DNA of 63,831 nucleotides, filler included, from Octopus bimaculoides (taxonomy: Eukaryota): assembly GCF_001194135.2 (NCBI RefSeq). It is 4 parts of 4 records of this genome, joined end to end, with 100 filler letters (N's around TTAATTAATTAA, not from the genome) between each part and the next. Parts side by side here need not be neighbours in the genome. Positions count along the whole stretch, not along the records: positions 31,847 to 51,480 come from NW_026414330.1; 3 more parts are not named here. One strand, given 5' to 3'. Below, one piece after another: positions 36,753-49,319 of this stretch (position 1 is its first letter; every line of letters starts with the position of its first letter). The notes beneath the pieces are model-generated. The model searched no databases. It saw only the letters and a list, made by a program, of their open reading frames with translations, and was not told the DNA's origin. The position numbers were made by a program, and so were the translations under genes.

Positions 36753-39292
36753 CTTAAATAACTAAGAGAAAGAGTATNNNNNNNNNNNNNNNNNNNNNNN
36801 NNNNNNNNNNNNNNNNNNNNNNNNNNNNNNNNNNNNNNNNNNNNNNNNNNNNNNNNNNNNNNNNNNNNNNNNNNNNNNNNNNNNNNNNNNNNNNNNNNNN
36901 NNNNNNNNNNNNNNNNNNNNNNNNNNNNNNNNNNNNNNNNNNNNNNNNNNNNNNNNNNNNNNNNNNNNNNNNNNNNNNNNNNNNNNNNNNNNNNNNNNNN
37001 NNNNNNNNNNNNNNNNNNNNNNNNNNNNNNNNNNNNNNNNNNNNNNNNNNNNNNNNNNNNNNNNNNNNNNNNNNNNNNNNNNNNNNNNNNNNNNNNNNNN
37101 NNNNNNNNNNNNNNNNNNNNNNNNNNNNNNNNNNNNNNNNNNNNNNNNATATATATATATATATATAAGACTGTTCTCCATTATGGGCGCACTCAAATGA
37201 CTGAAACATTTGAAAGAATATATAGCGGGCTTCTTTCAGTTTCCAAGTAGCAAGACCTCTCACAAGGCTCTGCTCACTCCGAGTCTATAGCAGAAGAGAC
37301 TCAACCGAGATGTCACGCAGTGAGACCGAACCTGGAAACATGTAGTTGGAAAGCAAGTTTCTTTCTCACGTACAGTAGAAATAACAGCCAAGTTTCCTGA
37401 AATTCGCGTAGTCTTTGATATTACATTGAAGGACTCTGTAAGAAGCAGCTGAATAATATTTTTAAGAAGCGCTGTAATATTACTGTCCTGCAGGTGGTCT
37501 GAAATCATGCAAGACATAGCTGCTAAGTTTTCTAAAACTTGCGTAGTCTTTCATATAACATTGAAAGACACGAGCAATCCTCTGTATAAATAATATATTC
37601 CGAGGTGTTTCACATCATGCTAAAAAGAATAGCCAAGAGAATCGTCTGTCAAGATATTACGCATGCATTGTGTGGTATTATGCTAAAAATATCAGCCAAG
37701 TACCCTGAAATTTGAATTTCATAGGAAAATGAAGGTTACTTTAAGTAGCATCTGTAAACATATTGTCCTATCAGTAGCCTTCCATGATGCTAGAAATAAG
37801 AGCCAAGTACTACGAAATGAGAATTCTTCTTCAAATGCAAATGAAGGAGTGTTTAAGAAACATTTGTTTTCTCAAACTAGGTGATACTCACCCTCTCTCA
37901 CTAAACATACATACATACATACATACATGTAAACATACATACATACACACATGCATGCATGCATGCATACATGCATAAATATATGCATACATACATACAT
38001 ACACACACACACACATACAGGCATACATACACGCAACATTTCTCCTCTCTCTTTCTATTAATTTCTTATGGGTGTGTGCGTATGTGTGTTGAATACGGCC
38101 ATGCTGAAGCAGCGCATTGGAATATTTTAGTTTAAAAAATCGAGCCCTCGACATATTTTCGAGGCCATTCGATCAATCTTGGCCGAACTGCTAAATAACG
38201 GAGGAGTGAAACGCAGATCTAGTGACACACATAAATAGATGTTGACTTATATAGACTACGGGCTTCTTTCAGTTTCCGCCTACCAAATCCATTCAGAAGG
38301 CTTTGATCGGCGCAGCAGTATAGTAGAGGACACTTTACCATGCTACCATGCAATGGGATTGGTCCCGGAACCATGTTGTTTGGAAACAGACTTCTTATCT
38401 CACAGCTACACCTGTATACACATTAATTTCATTATATTAAGCTGTCTCTCTTTCTGTCTGTCTGGTTGTCTGCGTGTCTGTCTGTCTCTCTCTCTGTCTC
38501 CCTCCCTCTCTGTCTCAACCTTATTCTTTCTTGCTCATACTCTCCTCGTTTCTTTCTCTTACTTACCTCCCCCTGCTACCACGTTTTATATCAACCTATC
38601 ACACTGCCGTTTTCCCTTCTATAGTCTAAGGGGATGTACTAAGAGTTGTCTCCCTCAAGGACCAAATTTTAAGATACGTCTTTTACTCGATTCAGTCGCT
38701 AGACTGCGACCATGCTAGGGCACCGCCTCAAAGAAATTTTAGTTAAGCCTTGTTCCTATTCCTTTAGCATCTTTTGCCGAATCACTGCGTCATGGGACGT
38801 AAATACACCAACACAGTTTGCGAAGCTGTGGTTGGGGACAGACACAAAGACACGCACACACATGTAGATATACATACATACACGCACACTTACAAAGACA
38901 AGTAGTTATTTTTGTAAGCCCAGTACTTACTCGGAATATAAAGACGTAAACACACGAGCACCGGCTAGAAAGCGGTAGTAAGAGGAAGAAACAGGCACAA
39001 AGACACACACAAGCATACACACATATATATGCACACACACAAACATATATGTACACACACACACAAACATATATATGTACACATACACACACGCGCATAT
39101 ACGCTAGGCTTCTTTCAGTTTCCGTGTATCAGATACACTCACAAGGATTTGGTCAGCTTGAAGCTAGAGTAGAATCAAGCTTCTTATCACACGGCCACCC
39201 CTGCGTCCATCCACCCTTTATTATTATGATGAGAGAACTTTTTTTTTCATATAAGTGAGAGAACATATAAAATAATATTTCCATATATAGGA

Positions 39293-39675
39293 GTAGGAGT
39301 GGCTGTGTGGTAAGTAGCTTGCTTACCAACCACATAGTCCCGGATTCAGTCCCACTGCGTGGCATCTTGGGCAAGTGTCTTCTACTATAGCTTCGGGCCG
39401 ACCAAAGCCTTGTGAGTGGATTTGGTAGAGGGAAACTGAAAGAAGCCTGTCGTATATATGTATATATATATGTATGTGTGTATGTGTTTGTATGTCGCTT
39501 GACAACCGATGCTGGTGTGTTTATGTCCCCGTAACTTAGCGGTTCGGCATAAGAGACCGATAGAATAAGTTCTAGGCTTCCAAAGAATAAGTTCTGGGGT
39601 CGATTTGCTCGACTAAAGGCGGTGCTCCAGCATGGCCACAGTCAAAAGACTGAAACAAGTAAAAGAGTAAAAGAG
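39293..39675 (+). mobile_element. tRNA-derived SINE family A, well preserved
   Basis: ggagtggctgtgtggtaagtagcttgc..ggattcagtcccactgcg..., 3' body ending gaaacaagtaaaagagtaaaagag. Confidence 0.88.
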
Positions 39676-41583
39676 TATATAATTCATATTTTGGCATTTT
39701 AATTAAAATCTTCATTTTCATCTGCAACTATCGTCATGTACATCATCTAACAATAGCCTCAAGAGGAAAGAAATCGAATATTCATTTACACGAGTAAAAA
39801 CGTTTTCTCTTTAATAAAATTTAGTAAAACACCCACCATCAGACAGACAGACAATGACAAAGAGAGACAGAGGGAGAGACAGGGACTCAGTCAGAGAGAG
39901 GGAAAGAGACAGAGAGAGAAAAGAGAAAGTGGGAGAGTGATAAACGTTTAGTGAGAGGGGAAGAGAGAGTGGGAGCATATGAAGTGCGAAAGAAAAAGAG
40001 GGGGAGTGAGAATGTAATATATAAAGAGATAGGATTGTTGGATGAGAGAGAAAGAGAGAGAGAAAGAAAGCGAAGTAAAGAAACAAGAAAGAGTGAGAGA
40101 GAGAGATGGAAACTCGAAGTGATTTAATAATATGAACGGAAGTAGCAATGAGACAGCATATAATTTTAAATGTCCCTCCTTTTTTTTATGTAATGCATCG
40201 CATATCTGAAGGCACTTGACTCTCATATCTAGCACGATTCGAGGCCAACTACTGGACTCTCAAGTGTGCTTTTATTTTGTATTAAACAACGCAGATTTGA
40301 GAAGGCAAAGGTGTTATTTCTAGCACTGTGTAAAACCACCAGTAGAACATTTTTTTTAATAGGTACTTTTGAAAAGGTCCTTCACTTTTAAGGAAATACA
40401 AATATCAGGGCTCATGGCTGCTATTTTTAGCATGATCCCAAACCACCTAATAGACAATGTATGATAAATGCTTTTCTTTTCTACTTTTATTTTGTATTTT
40501 TTACATGCTTCAAGAAGAATTTTTAGTCGACCCAAGTACTTATTTTTTAATGTATGAGCGTCTTTTAGAAAACGGTGATATATATATATATATATATATA
40601 TAAACACACACACACACACACACGTGTATNNNNNNNNNNNNNNNNNNNNNNNNNNNNNNNNNNNNNNNNNNNNNNNNNNNNNNNNNNNNNNNNNNNNNNN
40701 NNNNNNNNNNNNNNNNNNNNNNNNNNNNNNNNNNNNNNNNNNNNNNNNNNNNNNNNNNNNNNNNNNNNNNNNNNNNNNNNNNNNNNNNNNNNNNNNNNNN
40801 NNNNNNNNNNNNNNNNNNNNNNNNNNNNNNNNNNNNNNNNNNNNNNNNNNNNNNNNNNNNNNNNNNNNNNNNNNNNNNNNNNNNNNNNNNNNNNNNNNNN
40901 NNNNNNNNNNNNNNNNNNNNNNNNNNNNNNNNNNNNNNNNNNNNNNNNNNNNNNNNNNNNNNNNNNNNNNNNNNNNNNNNNNNNNNNNNNNNNNNNNNNN
41001 NNNNNNNNNNNNNNNNNNNNNNNNNNNNNNNNNNNNNNNNNNNNNNNNNNNNNNNNNNNNNNNNNNNNNNNNNNNNNNNNNNNNNNNNNNNNNNNNNNNN
41101 NNNNNNNNNNNNNNNNNNNNNNNNNNNNNNNNNNNNNNNNNNNNNNNNNNNNNNNNNNNNNNNNNNNNNNNNNNNNNNNNNNNNNNNNNNNNNNNNNNNN
41201 NNNNNNNNNNNNNNNNNNNNNNNNNNNNNNNNNNNNNNNNNNNNNNNNNNNNNNNNNNNNNNNNNNNNNNNNNNNNNNNNNNNNNNNNNNNNNNNNNNNN
41301 NNNNNNNNNNNNNNNNNNNNNNNNNNNNNNNNNNNNNNNNNNNNNNNNNNNNNNNNNAAAATTTCTAAAATTTTTTTGCTACCCTGTATTTTATTAATAA
41401 TGATAAAATTTTTTTATATATATATAAATATATATACATACATACTTACAAACCACAGAGTTCCGGGTTCAGTCCCACTGCGTCGCACCCTAGGTAAGTG
41501 TCTTCTACTTTAGCGTCGGGCCGACCAAAGCCTTATGAGTGGATTTGGTAGACAGAAACTGAAAGAAGCCCGTCGTATATATG

Positions 41584-41619
<36 letters not shown>

Positions 41620-43269
41620 AGTATGTTTGTGTGTCTGTGTTTATCCCCCAACATCGCCTGACATCCGATGCTGGTGTGTTTGCATCCCCGTCAATTAGCG
41701 GTACGGCAAAAGAGATGATAGAATAAGTACTAGGCTTACAAAGAATAAGTCATGGGGTTGATTTCTTCGACTAAAGGTGGTGCTCCAGCGTGGCCGCAGT
41801 CAAATAACTGAAACAAGTAAAAGAGTAAAAACGTATGTATGTATATATATATATATATCTATTGTAAGTGAAGTGTGTATATAAATATACATTCGTGTAC
41901 CTGTAATGCAAATGGGCAACCTTGTCACACTCCATGTCAATCTGAATATACTTCAGAACTACCGTAACAGACGCATGTATGTGGAGTGCTCAGCCACTTT
42001 CCCGTTAATTTAACGAGCATTATTATTCACTGACACAACGGAAGTTCCGGAAGAACAGTATTACACGTACAGAAATGCGGTGAGCTGGCAGAATTGATAG
42101 CACGCCGGATAAAATGTTTAACGGCATTTTGTCCGTCCTTACATTCTGCGTTCAAATTCCGCCAACGTTGACTTTGCCTCTCACTCTTTCGAGGTCAATC
42201 TGCTATGTATAAATAGCAGGATATTAAATACGAAGTGTGAGACTTTGACTGTTGAATGGACAGATTACAGGAAGGCTTCATTCAATGTCGCCCACAGCTG
42301 GCTGAAGGAGCGGTTGAGGAGGCTCGGAATTAATGAGAAGAGGAATAAGGTTTTGGAAAATGCATTCCGATGACTGAAACGATTGAAATACTAACAGAAA
42401 GACTCTGCAATTCTGCACACACATGTGCAGGCACTTACACACACACACACANNNNNNNNNNNNNNNNNNNNNNNNNNNNNNNNNNNNNNNNNNNNNNNNN
42501 NNNNNNNNNNNNNNNNNNNNNNNNNNNNNNNNNNNNNNNNNNNNNNNNNNNNNNNNNNNNNNNNNNNNNNNNNNNNNNNNNNNNNNNNNNNNNNNNNNNN
42601 NNNNNNNNNNNNNNNNNNNNNNNNNNNNNNNNNNNNNNNNNNNNNNNNNNNNNNNNNNNNNNNNNNNNNNNNNNNNNNNNNNNNNNNNNNNNNNNNNNNN
42701 NNNNNNNNNNNNNNNNNNNNNNNNNNNNNNNNNNNNNNNNNNNNNNNNNNNNNNNNNNNNNNNNNNNNNNNNNNNNNNNNNNNNNNNNNNNNNNNNNNNN
42801 NNNNNNNNNNNNNNNNNNNNNNNNNNNNNNNNNNNNNNNNNNNNNNNNNNNNNNNNNNNNNNNNNNNNNNNNNNNNNNNNNNNNNNNNNNNNNNNNNNNN
42901 NNNNNNNNNNNNNNNNNNNNNNNNNNNNNNNNNNNNNNNNNNNNNNNNNNNNNNNNNNNNNNNNNNNNNNNNNNNNNNNNNNNNNNNNNNNNNNNNNNNN
43001 NNNNNNNNNNNNNNNNNNNNNNNNNNNNNNNNNNNNNNNNNNNNNNNNNNNNNNNNNNNNNNNNNNNNNNNNNNNNNNNNNNNNNNNNNNNNNNNNNNNN
43101 NNNNNNNNNNNNNNNNNNNNNNNNNNNNNNNNNNNNNNNNNNNNNNNNNNNNNNNNNNNNNNNNNNNNNNNNNNNNNNNNNNNNNNNNNNNNNNNNNNNN
43201 NNNNNNNNNNNNNNNNNNNNNNNNNNNNNNNNNNNNNNNNNNNNNNNNNNNNNNNNNNNNNNNNNNNNN

Positions 43270-43320
<51 letters not shown>

Positions 43321-43967
43321 GTATGTATGCACGTGTGAATTTATGTATGTATGTATGTACGTACGTACATATGTACGTACGTACATATGTACGTACGTAT
43401 GTATTGCCACTTACGACGTATTTATAAAAGAAATTGAAAGAATGATGGTATAACAATATTAGAAACGGTCCTTCATATCTGTGTAGCATTCATATAAAAT
43501 TGAAGGACTATTTACGAAGCGTTTATCAAATATTGTCCATTAAGTGGTCTGGGATCATGCTAAAAATAAAAACCAAGTACTGCGAAAATTGTTTATTTTG
43601 TAAAGAAAAGTGAAAAACATTTTAAAGACGCATCTATAAAAAATTGTTCTCATGAGGAAGTCACAACATTCTAGAAACAACAGTTATGTGTCCTCAAATT
43701 AACGTTGTTTAGATGCAAAATCAAAATATTATTCAGAAAGTCTAGTACTTTGTCAAATTTCGTGCTAGATATAACAGTCAAGTGCTGTTAAACATGTGAT
43801 GCGTTTCATACAGAAATGCAGGACACTTTTCAAATATACACTCTCTCACTACGACCTCTATTCATATTACTGTATCACTTCAAGTTTACATGTCTCTCTC
43901 CTCTTTCATTTTCTTCCTACTTCACATTGCTTTCCTATTTCCCACTATGTGTGCGTCTCTCCATCTT

Positions 43968-44035
<68 letters not shown>

Positions 44036-44752
44036 TCTCTCTTCCAAAAGAAGAGATGCATATATAACATGCATAAATATATACTATTTACATATGCAGA
44101 AGTGTGTATGTATGCATACATAGATACATACAAAAACATACAAATATATATTTATACTCTTTTACTCGTTTCAGTCATGCGGCTGCGGTCATGCTGGAGC
44201 ACAGTATATATTTGTATAATTTGTAAGTGAAATGGGTGTATGTGAATATACATGATTGTACTTGTAATTCAAAGGCACAGTCTGGTCCCATTCAGTCTTA
44301 CGCTGAATCTTGCTGAGCACTACCTTCAGGGTACGCGTGTCTCTCTGGACTGCTCAGTCAGTTGCACGCTAATTTAATGAGCAGGCTGTTCCATTCATCA
44401 GACTAACTGCATCCCTCAGCTTCGTAACCAACGGAGTGCCAGTTATTTCCCACAATACGCGCTCATCCTAATTTCACAAATGTTGCGCACATGTACATGT
44501 ATTCAAAACTTCGAAAGCATCCGCATATTTATACATGGCTACATGATCTTACAAACAGGTTACATGCATTCTTGAAATAGGTTTTAAAGAAACAGGAGGT
44601 TCACTTTATAAAACTATTGCCCATTTGTAACATATTTGACATTTTCCGCGCAAAAGCCACGAATGTACATAATAGATTCAACTTTTGGCACAAAGCCTGC
44701 AGTCTCGTGGGGAGGGGCTAAATGAGGTGTGTAAGAAAGAAAAATTAAAATG

Positions 44753-44880
44753 TTAGATGGATAGATTACAGGAAGGCTTCATTCAATGTCGCCCACAGCT
44801 GGCTGAAGGAGTGGTTGAGGAGGCTCGGAATTAATGAGAAGAGGAATAAGGTTTTGGAAAATGCATTCCGATGACTGAAA
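44753..44880 (+). mobile_element. R4/Dong/NeSL-like non-LTR RT fragment (also at 36288-36362 and 42255-42400)
   Basis: Translates WIDYRKASFNVAHSWLKEWLRRLGINEK, close to the WIDYxKAFDxVPHSW motif of RLE-clade LINE RTs. Confidence 0.6.
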
Positions 44881-44927
44881 CGATTGAAATACTAACAGAA
44901 AGACTATACACACACATGTGCAGCCAC

Positions 44928-44980
<53 letters not shown>

Positions 44981-45149
44981 GATTCTTTTATTCTTTTGCT
45001 CGTTTCAGTCGTTTCACTGTGGCCATTCTGGAGCACCGCCTTGAAAGATTTTAATCAAACAAATCGACTTTTTAAGCCTAGTACGTATTCTGTCGTTTTT
45101 GCTTGGCCGAACCGCTATGTTATCGGGATGTAAACACACCAACATCGCG

Positions 45150-45455
45150 TGTTTAAGCAATAGTGGGCTAGGCGTTAAACTTTTCGCCCGGCGTGCTAAC
45201 GTTTGTGCCAACTCGCAGCCTTGGAAGTCTAGAAATATTCTTTTCTACTCTAGGCACAAGGCCCAAAAATTTAGGGGAGGGGGCCAGTCAATTAGGCCAG
45301 TCGATTAGGACGCAGGTGGTGCTTAATTTGTCGACCCCGAAAGGATAAAAGGAAAAGTCGACCTCGGCGGAATTCGAAATCAGAACGTAAAGACAAACGA
45401 AATACCGCAAAACATTTCGTCCGGCGTGCTAACGTTTGTGCCAGCTCGCCACCTT
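45150..45455 (-). mobile_element. Two tandem heads of tRNA-derived SINE family B
   Basis: ccggcgtgctaacgtttgtgcca(a/g)ctcgc occurs twice; the same family is on + at 42076-42200 and 60121-60330 (ggcgg/ggcgagttagcaga..gttcaaattccgcc). Confidence 0.8.
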
Positions 45456-45619
45456 TGGAGTCTAAGAATATTGTGACAAAAATATTCGTTGCAAAGTTTT
45501 GAAATGTTTTCGTTAATAAGAAGCGACTGATATATCCCCCAGTACTTTTAGGATACATCCATCAAACATCTTTGGAATAACAAAGGCAAAATCTTGGTTC
45601 GCTTTGTCTTGTACAGTCT

Positions 45620-45830
45620 GATGGCTTATTTTAACCGAGAATAATTTCCTCGAATCTCAATATGACTTTAGGTAAAGCAGAGAGACGATCGATGCAGTCT
45701 ACTTCTTGAGACAAGTTTCAGCAACTATACGGAAGAGAAAACAGAACTGTACATTGGCTTTTGTGGATCTCACCAAAGGCTTCGATAACGTGAACTGAGA
45801 ATTTCTCCGCAAAGTACTACAGAAAACCGA
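45620..45830 (+). mobile_element. RTE/BovB-like RT fragment
   Basis: FLESQYDFR*SRETIDAVYFLRQV..LAFVDLTKGFDNVN. Confidence 0.7.
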
Positions 45831-45959
45831 ATAGGTTATAGCATGCTAAATGTTGATAGATAAACAAATTCACATATAGATAGACCCGCATATATATATA
45901 TCAGGGGTGTGCGGTGACTGTTGAGGTTGGTCATGCAATAGCTACGACGGTCAGCTGAA

Positions 45960-46900
45960 GAGTTTATAGGCTGATCGAGATGCTCTCATGGAATGTGATC
46001 ATATGAGTTTTATTTTTCAATAGAGTCCCCACTTGTGGCCCACACATCGGTGTTGCAGTGCTTGGATTCCATTGATGGAGAAGCTTTCATCCTGTTGAGC
46101 AAAAATGTCATCGACAGCAGATATGACTTCATCATCACTGCGTTACTGGTTCCCAGCCAAGTGTTTTTCATGTTGGCGAACAGATAATAGTCAGATGGGG
46201 ACAAGTTGGGAGAATAGCGACAGTGATCAACTAGTGCAAAGCCACTGTCACGCATACTAGTCATTGCTGGATATTGTCCAGACAAAAGAAGACCCTTTTC
46301 TTCAGTTTTCTTGGGATTTTGGTAACTGCTTCACGAAGTTGGCACCCTGCTCTCCATTGATGATGTGGCCCTTCTGAAGATAATAAGCACAATGCCTTTT
46401 ACATACCAAAGAAGTGAGGCCATCACCCCCCTGTAAATGAAACGACCCTGATTTTCTTTTGAGCAGGTGAGGAGAGATGTTTCCATTGCATGGATTGTCT
46501 CTTTATCTCTAGTTTAAAGTGATTAACCTAGCGCTCATCATGGGTTAGGAAACGTTCAAAGAGACCAGATGGATCTGCCTCAAACAATGTCAGATTATCC
46601 CGTCATGTGATCAACCTGGAGCGTCAGAAGACGTGGTACACATCGAGCAGAAGGCTTTGTCATGCCAAGTTCATTGGGCAAAATATCCTCACCTCTCTCA
46701 CGAGATATGCTAATAACATTGGCAAATATCTGCATTCCATCAACATATGGTGAACACGATTAATGTTTTCCTCTGTGGTGGCAGTTGTAGGACGTCCAAA
46801 CATTGGGTCATATTCAAGACTTCCCCTTGCCCTCCAAGATTAAGCTTCCCCCTTTTGCACTGTTGATAAAGCTGAAGCATCATCCCTTAATGTAGCAATT
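45960..46900 (-). mobile_element. Mariner transposase remnant
   Basis: HCRYSPNLSPSDYYLFANMK (YSPDLAPSD motif) and SNDEVISAVDDIFAQQDESF..GIQALQHR-like C-terminus. Confidence 0.85.
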
Positions 46901-47329
46901 ATGTCAGCATGAACGTCTTTAAGGGTTAAAACCTTTTTTATGAATGTACGTGATAACGCCACGATGCCAAATTTTGCTTATTTTCAACTGGCGTTGCTAC
47001 TAGTTACTTATAAAGTCTTCTTTGAACAGCCAGATGTCAGTTATGAATATATTGAGATGACAATGAATGCATGCAAGATTTCTAGCATCACTCCTTGATA
47101 TTCAGCCTATGAACTTTTCAGTTCACCCTCGTACTTATTGGCTGAGCTGATTCATTTTTTTAAATTAAGAGAACCAAATTAGTTTCGTAACATGGTAATA
47201 GGGGTCGCTGTTTTAATGCGTTTAATTTTTTTTTAAAGATGTACAAAATATTATTTACACTATTTACATACTCATTTATAAATTAATTCGGCTCTTCGAT
47301 CTTTCATGGAAAATATATTTATTGGATTC

Positions 47330-48250
47330 TCAGAAATGCTCTACTTTAATCAGTTGTTGAAGTAAATCTTTTTCAATTGACATAAGAACCAACCCTGAAA
47401 GTCTTTTCTCTCCTGTTGTATTTCTTTGGTAAGTTTTAATTCTTTACAATGCCGAAAAGGACAAGACCGCTCAACAGAGGCAGTTGTAAATGGAATTGTT
47501 AAAATAAGGTTGTAAAAATTGAAGAGTTTTGGCATAGCTTCCATCAAATCACTGATGTAAACGTAATGCATTAAATCAATCACACTGCTCTTTGAAATCT
47601 TGCATAGTTCAATCTGTAATCATGTGTGTGTGTGTGTGTGTGCGCGCGCGTGCGAGTGAGTTTGTATGGTTGTGTGCGCGCGTGTGTGGATTGAGAAGCA
47701 ATTTGAATAAAACGGAAGATAATCTTAATAATCCACGAAGCAACGAAAGATCCTACTCAAAAGGAAGAAACTCCAACTTATATGGGACAGATCATTCAAA
47801 AAGTCCGCAAATGTAACAATGAACATTAGATATCAAAGAGAAAATAAATAATGTTCTGCCGTTTGACAAAATCCTGGTACTAGTAGTCTGAATAACAGAA
47901 CCAATCTGATAAATAAAAAAATTTGAAAGGGTTTTATTAATACGTTTTGACTGAGGTGAAACAGTTAAATCCATTCGACCATAAGTTCCGTCTATAGCAA
48001 CATCAACTACAAAGAACTGACAGAAAGCAGAGAGAGGAATTGACAGGTAGAGAAAGGAGACCAAAGACGAAAGAACATCATGCATTTTCAACATTGCATA
48101 ACTTTGAATATATTTTTAACGGGATGGGAAATGAGGTCAGGTAGCGCTGTCTTCAATAATCCAAGTAATGCTATATTCATATTGCGTCTGACAATCTTCT
48201 TCGAAACATATTAACTAATTAGTTTCGTTTTCAATGTTTTGGCAACTTTT
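47330..48250 (-). mobile_element. hAT transposase remnant (C-terminal dimerisation domain)
   Basis: MPKLFNFYNLILTIPFTTASVERS..(frameshift)..QER matches the hAT TIPxTTASxERSFS motif; the upstream part is poorly resolved. Confidence 0.7.
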
Positions 48251-48364
48251 CGACGTAGATACAAATAAATTACTTTGATAAATCTATTTTTGATTTATGT
48301 ATATAAAAATATTAATGGGTGGTCATTCAATGCATCACGTGCATGGCTGGAACACACGCCACTG

Positions 48365-48402
<38 letters not shown>

Positions 48403-49171
48403 NNNNNNNNNNNNNNNNNNNNNNNNNNNNNNNNNNNNNNNNNNNNNNNNNNNNNNNNNNNNNNNNNNNNNNNNNNNNNNNNNNNNNNNNNNNNNNNNNN
48501 NNNNNNNNNNNNNNNNNNNNNNNNNNNNNNNNNNNNNNNNNNNNNNNNNNNNNNNNNNNNNNNNNNNNNNNNNNNNNNNNNNNNNNNNNNNNNNNNNNNN
48601 NNNNNNNNNNNNNNNNNNNNNNNNNNNNNNNNNNNNNNNNNNNNNNNNNNNNNNNNNNNNNNNNNNNNNNNNNNNNNNNNNNNNNNNNNNNNNNNNNNNN
48701 NNNNNNNNNNNNNNNNNNNNNNNNNNNNNNNNNNNNNNNNNNNNNNNNNNNNNNNNNNNNNNNNNNNNNNNNNNNNNNNNNNNNNNNNNNNNNNNNNNNN
48801 NNNNNNNNNNNNNNNNNNNNNNNNNNNNNNNNNNNNNNNNNNNNNNNNNNNNNNNNNNNNNNNNNNNNNNNNNNNNNNNNNNNNNNNNNNNNNNNNNNNN
48901 NNNNNNNNNNNNNNNNNNNNNNNNNNNNNNNNNNNNNNNNNNNNNNNNNNNNNNNNNNNNNNNNNNNNNNNNNNNNNNNNNNNNNNNNNNNNNNNNNNNN
49001 NNNNNNNNNNNNNNNNNNNNNNNNNNNNNNNNNNNNNNNNNNNNNNNNNNNNNNNNNNNNNNNNNNNNNNNNNNNNNNNNNNNNNNNNNNNNNNNNNNNN
49101 NNNNNNNNNNNNNNNNNNNNNNNNNNNNNNNNNNNNNNNNNNNNNNNNNNNNNNNNNNNNNNNNNNNNNNN

Positions 49172-49250
49172 TAGGAGTGAAGAGAAGTAGGAGTGAAGAG
49201 AAGTAGGAGTGAAGAGAAGTAGGAGTGAAGAGAAGTAGGAGTGAAGTAGG
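49172..49250 (+). repeat. 16-bp tandem repeat TAGGAGTGAAGAGAAG (at least 4 copies, runs into gap)
   Basis: Directly visible. Confidence 0.9.
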
Positions 49251-49319
49251 AGTCAGAGCAAAAGAGGAGAGGTGAGTAAGTGGAAGTAGGTGTGAGGGGA
49301 GAGAGGCAAGGGGAGGAAT

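Larger units (their letters stand above)
31847..45000. repeat. Degenerate modular macro-repeat (SINE relics, microsatellites and unique modules duplicated in both orientations)
   Basis: 31847-32485 ~ 34180-34825; 32485-33560 ~ 37758-38830; 35600-36100 ~ 39860-40500 (inverted relative at 43540-43960); 36230-36365 ~ 42200-42430 ~ 44748-44940. Confidence 0.8.

Noticed and set aside
37376-37810. Repeat-spacer-like pattern suggesting CRISPR
   Set aside because: The repeats are highly degenerate with irregular spacing, in a eukaryotic context with no cas genes.
39293-39365. tRNA-like A/B boxes (also 2822, 36690, 42076, 60121, 60800)
   Set aside because: These are SINE heads followed by SINE bodies with no full cloverleaf, so they are not tRNA genes.
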